From contig JBDKUG010000119.1 of NCBI GenBank assembly GCA_039679815.1, positions 1-34,961 on the forward strand: a DNA stretch of 34,961 bases, read 5' to 3'. Source of the stretch: Smithella sp. (GTDB lineage Bacteria > Desulfobacterota > Syntrophia > Syntrophales > Smithellaceae). Both the position numbers and the translations under genes were made by a program. Each line of letters begins with the position of its first letter. Position 1 is the first letter of the stretch. Shown piece by piece: positions 26,812 to 34,961 of the stretch. A model generated the notes under the pieces. That model ran no database searches. It worked only from the letters and a program-made list of their open reading frames with translations, and was not told the origin of the DNA.

Positions 26812-28158
26812 TCAGGTTCGGGGGAGCGATCTTGAAAAGCCTGCGGCGCTTTCTCCTGCCACATATCCCGTTGAGAACGCGGCCTGAAGATTGTAGCCGC
26901 CGGTATCGGCGTCAAGATCCATCACCTCGCCACAAAAATAAAGGCCCGCTACTTTTTTTGATGAAAGCGTGCGCGGATCGATTTCATCAAGTGCGACACC
27001 GCCCGCCGTCACTATCGCCCTGGCAAGCGGCAGCGGCGCCTTGATGTTGAAACGCAGGGCTTTGAGCAAATTAATGATGCTGTCCCGCTCGACCGCGCTG
27101 ACCTGATGAGCGAGCTTTTCCGTGTCCATACCGGCAAGGGCGATTACCGGTTCGATCATTTTTGCCGGCAGGTATTCTTTCATGATGCCCGTGATTTTTC
27201 TTTTACTGAATTTGTTTAAATCCGATTGCAAGCGCTTTCGGAGCTGCTCTTTGGTCAAGGCGGGCTTCAAATCGATCAGGATCGAGACGGGTCCTTTTTC
27301 CAGGGCTTCCACCACGGCCAGGCTCATGAGGAGGATGATCGGTCCGCCCAGGCCGAAATGAGTAAAGAGCATTTCACCAAACCGGCTTTCCAGGACAGGC
27401 AGCCGGGGAGTTTTCTTTTCGCCGCGGCCATAGTCGCAATCCGGTGTACGAGAGGCATCCACACTCGCTGCGGTCCCCTGAAACGCGGTGGCGCGGACGT
27501 TGCGCAAAGAAACGCCCTGCATGGATCGGGCAAGGGGTTGCTCGCGGACAACCAGGGGAACCAGGGCCGGCTTGGGAGCGACGATTCTGTGGCCAAGCGC
27601 CGCACTGATGGCGTAGCCGTCACCGGTTGAACCGGTAGCCGGCCAGGATGCGCCGCCGGTAGCGATAATGACGGCAGGGGAAAGATAACGACCTGATGCT
27701 GTCCCGACGGCAAAGCGTGAATGCTGTTCCAGGCTCACCGAACTCACCTGTGAGTTGGAAACGATGCGTACGTTATGGTCGGCGAGATATTTTTGAAAAA
27801 CCCGGACCACGTCGCGGGCATCGTCGGAAACCGGGAAAACTCTGCCGCCTCGTTCTGCTTTGGTTTCCAGGCCGTATTTGTCCAGAAAGGCAAGAAGCTC
27901 CGGACGGAAGAAGCGGGCAAAGGCGCTGTGCAAAAAGCGGCCGTTTGGTCCATACATGGCAATGAAATTTTTTATGCCGGCGGTGTTGGTCAGGTTGCAC
28001 CGCGTCTTGCCGCTGATCAGGATCTTTTTCCCGCAGCGGTCCGTTTTTTCCAGAAGCAACACGCGTGCGCCCAGCTCGGCGGCGCGACCCGCAGCCATCA
28101 TGCCCGCTGCGCCACCGCCGATGACAATGACATCAGTGTCAATCATTGATTTGTTCAT
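26812..28158 (-). CDS. HI0933/BaiN family flavoprotein (NAD(P)/FAD-dependent oxidoreductase)
   Basis: IGGGAAGMMAA, GKKILISGKTRCNLTN, GRVFP, ATGGASWPATGSTGDG and GEVMDLDADTGGYNLQAAFSTG motifs. Confidence 0.92.
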   Translation of the reverse strand: MNKSMIDTDVIVIGGGAAGMMAAGRAAELGARVLLLEKTDRCGKKILISGKTRCNLTNTAGIKNFIAMYGPNGRFLHSAFARFFRPELLAFLDKYGLETKAERGGRVFPVSDDARDVVRVFQKYLADHNVRIVSNSQVSSVSLEQHSRFAVGTASGRYLSPAVIIATGGASWPATGSTGDGYAISAALGHRIVAPKPALVPLVVREQPLARSMQGVSLRNVRATAFQGTAASVDASRTPDCDYGRGEKKTPRLPVLESRFGEMLFTHFGLGGPIILLMSLAVVEALEKGPVSILIDLKPALTKEQLRKRLQSDLNKFSKRKITGIMKEYLPAKMIEPVIALAGMDTEKLAHQVSAVERDSIINLLKALRFNIKAPLPLARAIVTAGGVALDEIDPRTLSSKKVAGLYFCGEVMDLDADTGGYNLQAAFSTGYVAGESAAGFSRSLPRT

Positions 28159-28291
28159 TGTGTCACCATGGGTTTGACAGCTATCACAAATCGGAGGAAC
28201 CGGTCAATTGATCAATTTGCATTTTCTTGAGATAGAGGCCGGCCTGTGCTAGAGGTTTGCGCATCGATATGTGAACAGCAAGGAGCCGGAT

Positions 28292-29350
28292 TTGCAGGTA
28301 CCGACCAATTTTATATCACTGACAACAAAAATGATTTTGAAAGTGCAGCCGCTCACTCATTTTTATTTGCGCCAGTGGAAAGAACGTGCCTTGCGGATTC
28401 CCGATCCGGAATTGCGCAAACAGGCGCTTGCCAGCATTGCAACGAAAGCGTTTCACTGCGAAGGCGGCGCTCTTTACGGCCTGCTGGCGGGTGTTCATTA
28501 TAAAGAAGCAATTGCTTTTATCGTTGCGTACCAGACCATCAGCGACTATCTGGACAATCTCTGCGACCGCAGCACATCGCAGGACCCGGAAGACTTCCGC
28601 GCGCTGCACGAATCCATGCTTCAGGCCCTGTCGCCGGATATGCCGCCGAGCGCCTATTACCGCTTCAGGCGGGAACAGGACGACGGTGGATATTTGAGTG
28701 CGCTGACGCAGACATGCAGGAAAGTCCTGAACGGTATTCCCAACTATCATCTCGGTGCGGCAGCCCTCCGGGAACTGGCAGAATTTTATGTTGATTTGCA
28801 GGTGCACAAGCATGTTCGAAAAGAAGAGCGCCTGCCGCGTCTGCAGGCGTGGTTTGAAGGCCACGCAAATGAACTGCCTCCCATGGCCTGGTATGAATTT
28901 GCCGCCTGCACCGGCTCTACACTGGGGATTTTTTGCATTGTTTCACAACTCTTCAATCCGTCAGCATCCGCCGCGCTGATTACTAAAATTAAAAACGCTT
29001 ATTTCCCCTGGGTTCAGGGATTGCATATCCTCCTGGATTATCTGATTGATCAGGAGGAGGATCGCAGAGGCCAGGATTTAAATTTTTGCTCATACTATGA
29101 AAACAAAGAACAAATGGCCGAACGTATTGGTTATTTTTATCATCGGGCGCAGGCGAGTGTCATGCGTCTGCCCGACACTAAATTTCACCGGTTAATTACC
29201 CGTGGCCTTTTGAGCATCTATCTGGCCGATCATAAAGTTACCCGCCAAAAAGATGTCCGGGACATTGCCAAAAAACTTTTGAGCCTGGGTGGGAGCCACA
29301 CGTTTTTCTTTTATCTGCACTGCTGGATTTACCGCCGTCTGACCGGTTAG
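28292..29350 (+). CDS. YtpB/DUF2600 family tetraprenyl-beta-curcumene synthase-like terpene cyclase
   Basis: FHCEGG, IVAYQTISDYLDNLCDRS, DLQVHKH, WYEFAACTGSTLG and GLHILLDYLIDQEED motifs. TTG 28292 is preceded by AGGAG. Confidence 0.85.
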   Translation: MQVPTNFISLTTKMILKVQPLTHFYLRQWKERALRIPDPELRKQALASIATKAFHCEGGALYGLLAGVHYKEAIAFIVAYQTISDYLDNLCDRSTSQDPEDFRALHESMLQALSPDMPPSAYYRFRREQDDGGYLSALTQTCRKVLNGIPNYHLGAAALRELAEFYVDLQVHKHVRKEERLPRLQAWFEGHANELPPMAWYEFAACTGSTLGIFCIVSQLFNPSASAALITKIKNAYFPWVQGLHILLDYLIDQEEDRRGQDLNFCSYYENKEQMAERIGYFYHRAQASVMRLPDTKFHRLITRGLLSIYLADHKVTRQKDVRDIAKKLLSLGGSHTFFFYLHCWIYRRLTG

Positions 29351-29514
29351 CCCGACCGCTGTCAGTTAATCCCAAGATGATTGATGCATTATTCTCCAGC
29401 GACTGGGGAGTTATTCCCCTTTTCTCCAGGCCCTGAAAAATACCAGGAAAAGGGGATTCAATATTTAAAACGTAATATCATGAATTTAGACGGTTAGCGG
29501 TCCGATCATGCAGT

Positions 29515-29530
29515 TGGCATGTTCGATGCT
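29515..29530 (+). promoter_or_regulatory. sigma54 (-24/-12) promoter
   Basis: TGGCATG-TTCG-ATGCT (GG-N10-GC). A candidate enhancer palindrome GGGGA-N5-TCCCC lies at 29405-29419, and an NtrC-family regulator is nearby. Confidence 0.7.
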
Positions 29531-29564
29531 ATATGATGGTCAGAAATGATCGGGGGATTATTTA

Positions 29565-29963
29565 TTGAGAAAAAAAACGTTGGCTTGCATCACAGTAATT
29601 CTTTGTCTATTGGCAGCACTTGCTTTTGCCGTTGATAAGCCTGTTGAAGAGTCAAGCCAGGGTGTTGTCTTGAAATCGACGAACGTCAAAGCACCTAAGA
29701 TGAACGCCAGAGGCAAGGTCGTAGAAATTTCCGATACAGCCATCAAAATTGAGCGACGCATTAAAGGGACTATAGAAGTTATGGAGTTCTCGCTCGAAAA
29801 TCCAGCGCAGAATATCACGGTAAACGATTCCGTTAAAATTGACTACAGCGTTAAAGACGGGAAGTTGACAGCATCCAGGGTTGCCAAACCGAAAACAGGA
29901 AAAAATTCAGGCAATACTGGAACAAAGCAGACAAAAGAGAAACCAGCATCCGCTGCGAAGTAA
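29565..29963 (+). CDS. Small exported protein, possibly OB-fold
   Basis: Signal peptide (..ALAFA) followed by a beta-rich GKVVEISD...VNDSVKIDYSVKDGKLTASRV pattern. Confidence 0.7.
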   Translation: MRKKTLACITVILCLLAALAFAVDKPVEESSQGVVLKSTNVKAPKMNARGKVVEISDTAIKIERRIKGTIEVMEFSLENPAQNITVNDSVKIDYSVKDGKLTASRVAKPKTGKNSGNTGTKQTKEKPASAAK

Positions 29964-30046
29964 CGTGCAGGGTGCCTTTCTATAGGTGAAGTCCCTTAAA
30001 ACCATTTAAGGGGTTATCAAAGAACTATTAACAAGGAGGATTTCAG

Positions 30047-30376
30047 ATGAAGCGTTTAGTATTATTAGTTGTAGCATTTGTTTTTGCACTTAGCATGACC
30101 GCAATTGCGGCCGACAAAATGGCCACTGACAAAGTAAAGGCCGATAAGGCCGTGGCCGCTGAAAAAGTAAAGGATGATAAAGCTGTAGCAGCCGAGAAAG
30201 TAGATGAAGCAAAAGTTGAAGCAGCGGCTGATGTGCAGAAAGCAGAGAAGAAAGCAGTAAAGAAAGTAAAGAAAGCAAAAAAGAAAGCAGCAAAGAAAGT
30301 AAAGAAAGCAAAGGAAGAAGCCGCCGAAAAGAAGGCTGAAGAAGCAGCTCCTGCTGAAGCTCCGGCCGTAAAATAA
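30047..30376 (+). CDS. Small exported Ala/Lys/Glu-rich repetitive protein
   Basis: Strong SD AAGGAGG, a signal peptide and repeats DKAVAAEKV and KKAxKKVKKAK. Confidence 0.8.
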   Translation: MKRLVLLVVAFVFALSMTAIAADKMATDKVKADKAVAAEKVKDDKAVAAEKVDEAKVEAAADVQKAEKKAVKKVKKAKKKAAKKVKKAKEEAAEKKAEEAAPAEAPAVK

Positions 30377-30399
30377 GTTATAGAAACGTATGAAATGCC

Positions 30400-30434
30400 A
30401 AAAAAGGGATGAGTGAAAACTCATCCCTTTTTTT
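30400..30434 (+). terminator. Rho-independent terminator
   Basis: AAAAAAGGGATGAGT-GAAA-ACTCATCCCTTTTTTT. Confidence 0.9.
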
Positions 30435-30518
30435 CGCGCTGGACCATTGATGAACCCGCGGCGCAAAACAAACTCATCGTGGTGTAATTTATTACATTCT
30501 GTTATATGATTTTTTATC

Positions 30519-32048
30519 ATGCTGAAAAACCTATTGGCAAAATTTATTGCGTACAACAGTAATTTGACTGTACGGATCAGGCTTGTTGTATTGACCGTGG
30601 CAGGACTTGCCATTGCCATGGCCGTCTGGGGTGTCATCCAACTGACCGCCCTGGACAGGCTTCTGGTCGATCAGCAGGTGAAACGGCTGGAGAATGTTGC
30701 CGAAACGGTCAGTACGTTCTATCAGCACTTTCCAACGAAACGGGGCATTGCCGCCCTCGACTCCGCCCTGAAAGATCATATCCAGACGGATGTTCGCCTG
30801 GCCAGAATCGATATTTTTGATACGCGGCGTAATCATGTGGATTATGTCGCCGGTGCCAGCCGTCTTCAATATGAATGGCCGGACAAGATGGTAGCCGAGG
30901 TCAGTGCAAGGGGAAAATCCCGTTATGTTAAACTGGAAACGGAAGCCGGACCTTCAACAGGGCTGCTCTATCCCGTTTCCGGCGAGGTCAAGGATTCCCG
31001 TATTGTTGTGGGCATCATTGCTTTTTCGCGTGCGAACGCCGAAATTATGAACAGTGCCCGGTTCCTGCTTCTTTTCACCAGCGTCGGCTTGTTGCTGGTA
31101 ATCCTTTTGCTCCTGGGAGTGAGCTACGGCTGGATGATCGGCAGGCCGCTTAAACTGATTATTGAAACCATTGATGAATTTCGGAAAGGACGATACGTGG
31201 AGCGTATACCCATCATGCGGGAGGATGAATGGGGACATCTGGCTAATCATTTCAATCAAATGGCCGGCGAAATTCAAAATGTCATGGCCAGAAATCTTGA
31301 TTTGACGAACAGTTTATCCGATCGGGTGCGCGAAGAAACGCTCAAGGTGGTTCATCTCCAAAAACAGGTTGATGATCTGCAGCAATTAACAGCCCTGGGT
31401 CATTTAACGGCGAACCTGGCACATGATCTGGGAACGCCGCTTCATTCCATCGCGGGGCTTGCCCAATTGATGCTCGAACGGGAAGGCTGGCCGCCTGATG
31501 TGGCACACAAGTTAAATTTGATTGTTGAACAGACCCGAAGACTCGACAACGTTATTCAAAATATCCGTAAAGCAACACGTCTTCCCGAGCCTAATTTTGA
31601 GTTGATGACTGTCCAGACGATATTGAACGATACACTGCCTCTGGTCGAACCGCTGATCCAGAAAAATCATATAACCATTGAAGCTCACATTGACCGGTCG
31701 ACGGAATCTTTATACGTTGATCGTTACAGGATTCAGACAGCACTCTTGAACATTATTCAAAATTCCATTGATGCCATGCCGGACGGAGGAAGAATCAGCA
31801 TCATTGCCGAAGATGACCGTACAGCCGGTAATATCAAAATATCCATTACCGACAACGGAAAGGGCATTGCAGCTGATCTTCTGCAAAAGGTATGCGAGCC
31901 GTTCTTCAGCTCACACAAGGATGAAGGCATGCGCGGCCTCGGACTGGCCATTGTGCGTGATATCATCAAGGCGCATGGCGGACAGTGGGATATCCAAAGC
32001 ACGCCCGGAGCCGGGACAACTGTTACGCTTTGCCTGCGGATGGCCTAA
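30519..32048 (+). CDS. HAMP-domain sensor histidine kinase
   Basis: Two TMs, HAMP, H-box LAHDLGTPL, N-box NIIQNSIDA, DNGKG, EPFFS and GLGL. Confidence 0.93.
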   Translation: MLKNLLAKFIAYNSNLTVRIRLVVLTVAGLAIAMAVWGVIQLTALDRLLVDQQVKRLENVAETVSTFYQHFPTKRGIAALDSALKDHIQTDVRLARIDIFDTRRNHVDYVAGASRLQYEWPDKMVAEVSARGKSRYVKLETEAGPSTGLLYPVSGEVKDSRIVVGIIAFSRANAEIMNSARFLLLFTSVGLLLVILLLLGVSYGWMIGRPLKLIIETIDEFRKGRYVERIPIMREDEWGHLANHFNQMAGEIQNVMARNLDLTNSLSDRVREETLKVVHLQKQVDDLQQLTALGHLTANLAHDLGTPLHSIAGLAQLMLEREGWPPDVAHKLNLIVEQTRRLDNVIQNIRKATRLPEPNFELMTVQTILNDTLPLVEPLIQKNHITIEAHIDRSTESLYVDRYRIQTALLNIIQNSIDAMPDGGRISIIAEDDRTAGNIKISITDNGKGIAADLLQKVCEPFFSSHKDEGMRGLGLAIVRDIIKAHGGQWDIQSTPGAGTTVTLCLRMA

Positions 32049-32072
32049 GGTTCCCGGTCGGGGCCGAAACGT

Positions 32073-33404
32073 TCACTTTTCATCTTGAAGGCCGTAGCGG
32101 CGGATTTTCATACGCAGGGTTTTGCGGTCGATACCCAGAATTTCGGCGGCCCTGGATTGATTCCAGGATGTTTCCCGGAGGGTTTGGGCAATCTGCTCCC
32201 TTTGCGCTTCCTCAAGGGGCGTCATTTCCGGCACAGTGCCGTTTTTGCTGTCTGCTTTTTTCTTCCGGAACCGGGCAGGCAGATTATCGGGCAGAATTAC
32301 TACAAAAGGCGAGAGCAGAAGTGTCTGCTGCAGGACATTTTCCAGTTCGCGCACATTGCCCGGCCAGTCGTAGGCCATCAGTAATTCAACGGCCTCGTTC
32401 GAAACCCGCACGCCGGGGTAGCCCAGTTTTTTTAACATGGCTTCAATCAGCAGGGGAATATCCTCTCTCCGTTCCCGTAAAGAAGGGATGCGCAGACGCA
32501 CAATGAAGCGGTATAAAAGATCCAGACGGAAATGGCCCGCGCTTACTTCGTCATCAATGTTTTTGTTGGCTGCCGCGACCACGCGAACCGCAACATGCAG
32601 TACTTCATGGCCGCCGATTCTGCGCACTTCACCATCCTGCATGAAACGCAGAAACTTGCTTTGCAGCGCGGTTGACATTTCCGTAATCTCATCAAGAAAA
32701 ACGGTGCCGCCCTGCGCGGATTCGAGCAGACCTTTATGCTGATGGTCCGCTCCCGTATAGGCCCCTTTTTCGTACCCGAAAAGTTCCGATTCGAGCAGGT
32801 TGTCGGGAATCGCCCCGCAGTGCACCACCACAAACGGCTTCTGGCGTCGCGACGACATAAAATGAAGAGACCGCGCGGTCAGTTCCTTTCCCGTGCCGCT
32901 TTCGCCTTCTATAAGCACGCTTGCCGGGGAATCTGCGACACGTGCTATCTGTTTGTAAAACTCGACCATCATGGCGGAAGAGCCGATCAGCTTCGCTTCT
33001 TCATGGGCTTCCGGAGGTCCGTTTTGCCGGCGCTCGCGCAGTTCCCTCACTTCCAGGACTTTTTTGACGATAGTGCGGCAGTCTTCAGGGGAAAAAGGTT
33101 TGCTGATGTAGTCCCAGGCGCCCAGCCGGATTCCTTCCATGGTGGTTTCCAGGGAGCCGTATGCCGTCATCAGGATAACGGGCAGATGCGGCCATGTTTT
33201 CTGAACTTCACTTAAGAATTGTAGACCATCCATGCCGGGCATGCGAATGTCGGACATTAACAAATCGTATTTGGAAAGGTCTTGTTTCAGGGCGTCAAGG
33301 GCGGAGGTAAACGCAGTGACGTCATAGCCGTCGCGCAGGAGAACTTCCTGCAGGAATTCACAGGCAACGGCATCGTCATCAATGACCAGTATGCGGGCTT
33401 TCAT
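32073..33404 (-). CDS. Sigma54-dependent Fis/NtrC-family response regulator
   Basis: Receiver domain (DDD; DIRMPGMDG), GESGTGKE, ESELFGYEKGAYTGA, WPGNVRELEN and a Fis-type HTH. Confidence 0.95.
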   Translation of the reverse strand: MKARILVIDDDAVACEFLQEVLLRDGYDVTAFTSALDALKQDLSKYDLLMSDIRMPGMDGLQFLSEVQKTWPHLPVILMTAYGSLETTMEGIRLGAWDYISKPFSPEDCRTIVKKVLEVRELRERRQNGPPEAHEEAKLIGSSAMMVEFYKQIARVADSPASVLIEGESGTGKELTARSLHFMSSRRQKPFVVVHCGAIPDNLLESELFGYEKGAYTGADHQHKGLLESAQGGTVFLDEITEMSTALQSKFLRFMQDGEVRRIGGHEVLHVAVRVVAAANKNIDDEVSAGHFRLDLLYRFIVRLRIPSLRERREDIPLLIEAMLKKLGYPGVRVSNEAVELLMAYDWPGNVRELENVLQQTLLLSPFVVILPDNLPARFRKKKADSKNGTVPEMTPLEEAQREQIAQTLRETSWNQSRAAEILGIDRKTLRMKIRRYGLQDEK

Positions 33405-33439
33405 ATAATCACCTGCTGCGCCTTTTGAGAAAGAAAATA

Positions 33440-33889
33440 TCAGGGCAGCGCGGCCACAAAGAAACCCTTGAGCTTTCTGCCGCCCTGCGCGTCGCGGACA
33501 CTGATTTCGCAGCGGATTCTCTTCTCTCCGTTTTCTTCATACTTTTCGGTTACTGTGCCGGTCACGGTGATGGTCGCCCGATCCCTCGTGTTTTCAAAAT
33601 CATCCAGATTGACGGGTTGTGTCATGCTCAGGAAATGCACGGAAAATTTTCTCAGGTATTTATTTTCGATCCAGGAGGTCACAGCTTCACCCGCAATGCC
33701 CGCAATGAACATGCCGTGAGCAATGACCGAATCCAAACCGATTGATCTGGCAAACGTTTCATCCGTATGCAGGGGATTAAAGTCGCCGGATGCTCCTGCA
33801 TAGCGCGCAAGCTGCATTCGCGTGATGGGCGCCGATGTATAGCTTGGCATGCTGTCTCCAACGGCTATCGAATCAAAATCAATCGTCAT
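33440..33889 (-). CDS. MaoC-like (R)-hydratase/dehydratase, catalytic subunit
   Basis: Hydratase-2 motif YAGASGDFNPLH...IAHGM. Confidence 0.88.
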   Translation of the reverse strand: MTIDFDSIAVGDSMPSYTSAPITRMQLARYAGASGDFNPLHTDETFARSIGLDSVIAHGMFIAGIAGEAVTSWIENKYLRKFSVHFLSMTQPVNLDDFENTRDRATITVTGTVTEKYEENGEKRIRCEISVRDAQGGRKLKGFFVAALP

Positions 33890-33898
33890 CTCGTCATC

Positions 33899-34372
33899 CT
33901 ATCTTTCCATAAACGTCGTACGTGCCCTGAGCACCATTTCACCTTTTTGATTAAAAGCTTCCGTTATCAGAACGGTCACCTGAATGTGCCAGCCTTTTCT
34001 TTCTTTTTTCCCGCGGTCGTACATCTCCGCAACTTTCATTGTACAGGTAATAACGTCCCCCGCGCAGATCGGCGCAAAAAATTCATATTCTTCTTCGGAG
34101 TGCAGCAGCTTGCTCAAATCGGCGCCCACACCGTTGACAATGCCCATCAGGCCGCCGCCCGTCCAGAAGGGGAAGCAGGTGGGAAAAGTCAACGGGATCG
34201 GGATATTTTCGTAGCCGGCTTTCCTTGCCGCGTCGACATCCCGGTAAATCTCCTTAACATGATCGATATCATCCAGCTGTTCCACGGCTGCGGCAAATTC
34301 TGCGATCTTGTTTTTGGGAACCTCAATGGAGCGAACAGGGAACTCCATGCCGAGTTTCGATTTATCCGCCAT
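33899..34372 (-). CDS. MaoC N-terminal-like (FAS1-type/HadA-like) hot-dog partner subunit
   Basis: IAEFAAAV...IYRDVDAARKAGY..IPIPLTF...LLHSEEEYEFFAPICAGD. A GGAGGT SD precedes ATG 34372. Confidence 0.85.
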   Translation of the reverse strand: MADKSKLGMEFPVRSIEVPKNKIAEFAAAVEQLDDIDHVKEIYRDVDAARKAGYENIPIPLTFPTCFPFWTGGGLMGIVNGVGADLSKLLHSEEEYEFFAPICAGDVITCTMKVAEMYDRGKKERKGWHIQVTVLITEAFNQKGEMVLRARTTFMER

Positions 34373-34519
34373 AGCAACCTCCGATGGATTAGGGACATAT
34401 TTTGTTTTAATACCACAGTCCTCCGATAATTTCATCTCTAATGATGGGGTAATTGAATCCTGTGCCGGGCAATGAAACGTTCTTGACAATGTCCCCTCGT
34501 TGCCTGTATTTCTTCGCTC

Positions 34520-34801
34520 ATGAAAGTCTGTCATCATTGTCAGAAGGAAATACCGGCCGATTTTCCGATCGGCAGACAGGCGCAGTGCCCCGGCTGCGGT
34601 GAGGATCTTTACTGCTGTATGAACTGTGTTTTTTATGAACGCGGCGTGTACAATGACTGCAGGGAAAATCAGGCGGAGCGGGTTGTGGATAAAAACCGCT
34701 CTAATTTCTGTGACTTTTTCCGATTCCGTGACGCACGTGGAAAGCCGGAGGCCCTGTCGTCTGATCCCAGGACAAAACTGGAGACCCTGTTTAAAAAATG
34801 A
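34520..34801 (+). CDS. Small Cys-rich (zinc-ribbon-like) hypothetical protein
   Basis: CHHC, CPGC, CxxC (CMNC), CRE and NFCDFF motifs. Confidence 0.75.
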   Translation: MKVCHHCQKEIPADFPIGRQAQCPGCGEDLYCCMNCVFYERGVYNDCRENQAERVVDKNRSNFCDFFRFRDARGKPEALSSDPRTKLETLFKK

Positions 34802-34961
34802 ATGATAGCCACCGTTGAAATTTCCTGCTGAGACAGCGGCATTTTTCAATACCTGGAGCCGGGCGGCTGGTTCAGGCCGGTTTCCTGGTCTTTTTCCGTA
34901 CCTGGGTCAGGCAGTACAGTCCCTTGCCTGCGTGAACCGGCCGATAGCATAGATTATCCGA

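Noticed and set aside
30100-30360. Short tandem-like repeats as a possible CRISPR array
   Set aside because: They are in-frame coding repeats without a constant repeat and unique spacers, and no cas genes are present.
34373-34849. 316-aa version of the MaoC-like ORF (33899-34849)
   Set aside because: The extension is antisense to the Cys-rich gene, and a strong SD supports the start at 34372.
1-34961. Numerous overlapping and antisense ORFs in the six-frame track (e.g. 3348-4010, 15753-16604, 25376-26167, 33767-34429)
   Set aside because: They are shadows of well-supported genes or RNA genes and have no recognisable motifs.
34872-34961. Possible 3' end of a minus-strand gene at the window edge
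   Set aside because: Too short to determine the frame or product.

Overview
A mostly chromosomal window from an anaerobic, probably syntrophic deltaproteobacterium (Syntrophales/Smithella-like; this is inferred from gene content). The first ~2.4 kb is a decayed integron-type cassette array with attC-like sites and no integrase in the window. It carries a HEAT-repeat remnant, an HMA-CDF metal transporter and a PAS protein. Next come a CoA-transferase, an orphan chemoreceptor, a TonB protein and the conserved block tadA, 2x tRNA-Ser, ffs, dnaX, ybaB, recR. A split class I fumarate hydratase follows, with palindromic repeat elements around it. Then a four-subunit 2-oxoacid:ferredoxin oxidoreductase sits in an apparent operon with a NuoE/NuoF/short-NuoG (HydCBA/Bfu-like) module that has no catalytic site of its own. 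The most unusual locus is 18.6-23.4 kb: a non-discriminating AspRS fused to a GatC-like domain, a truncated GatA that appears to lack the glutaminase catalytic triad, and a divergent GatB. This suggests a covalently tethered, possibly ammonia-dependent transamidosome. The remainder holds a probably leaderless GT1 glycosyltransferase, a diguanylate cyclase, a HI0933 flavoprotein, a YtpB-like terpene cyclase, a sigma54-driven pair of small exported proteins beside a convergent histidine kinase/NtrC pair, two MaoC-like dehydratase subunits and a small Cys-rich protein. All family calls come from motif recognition; no database searches were run.
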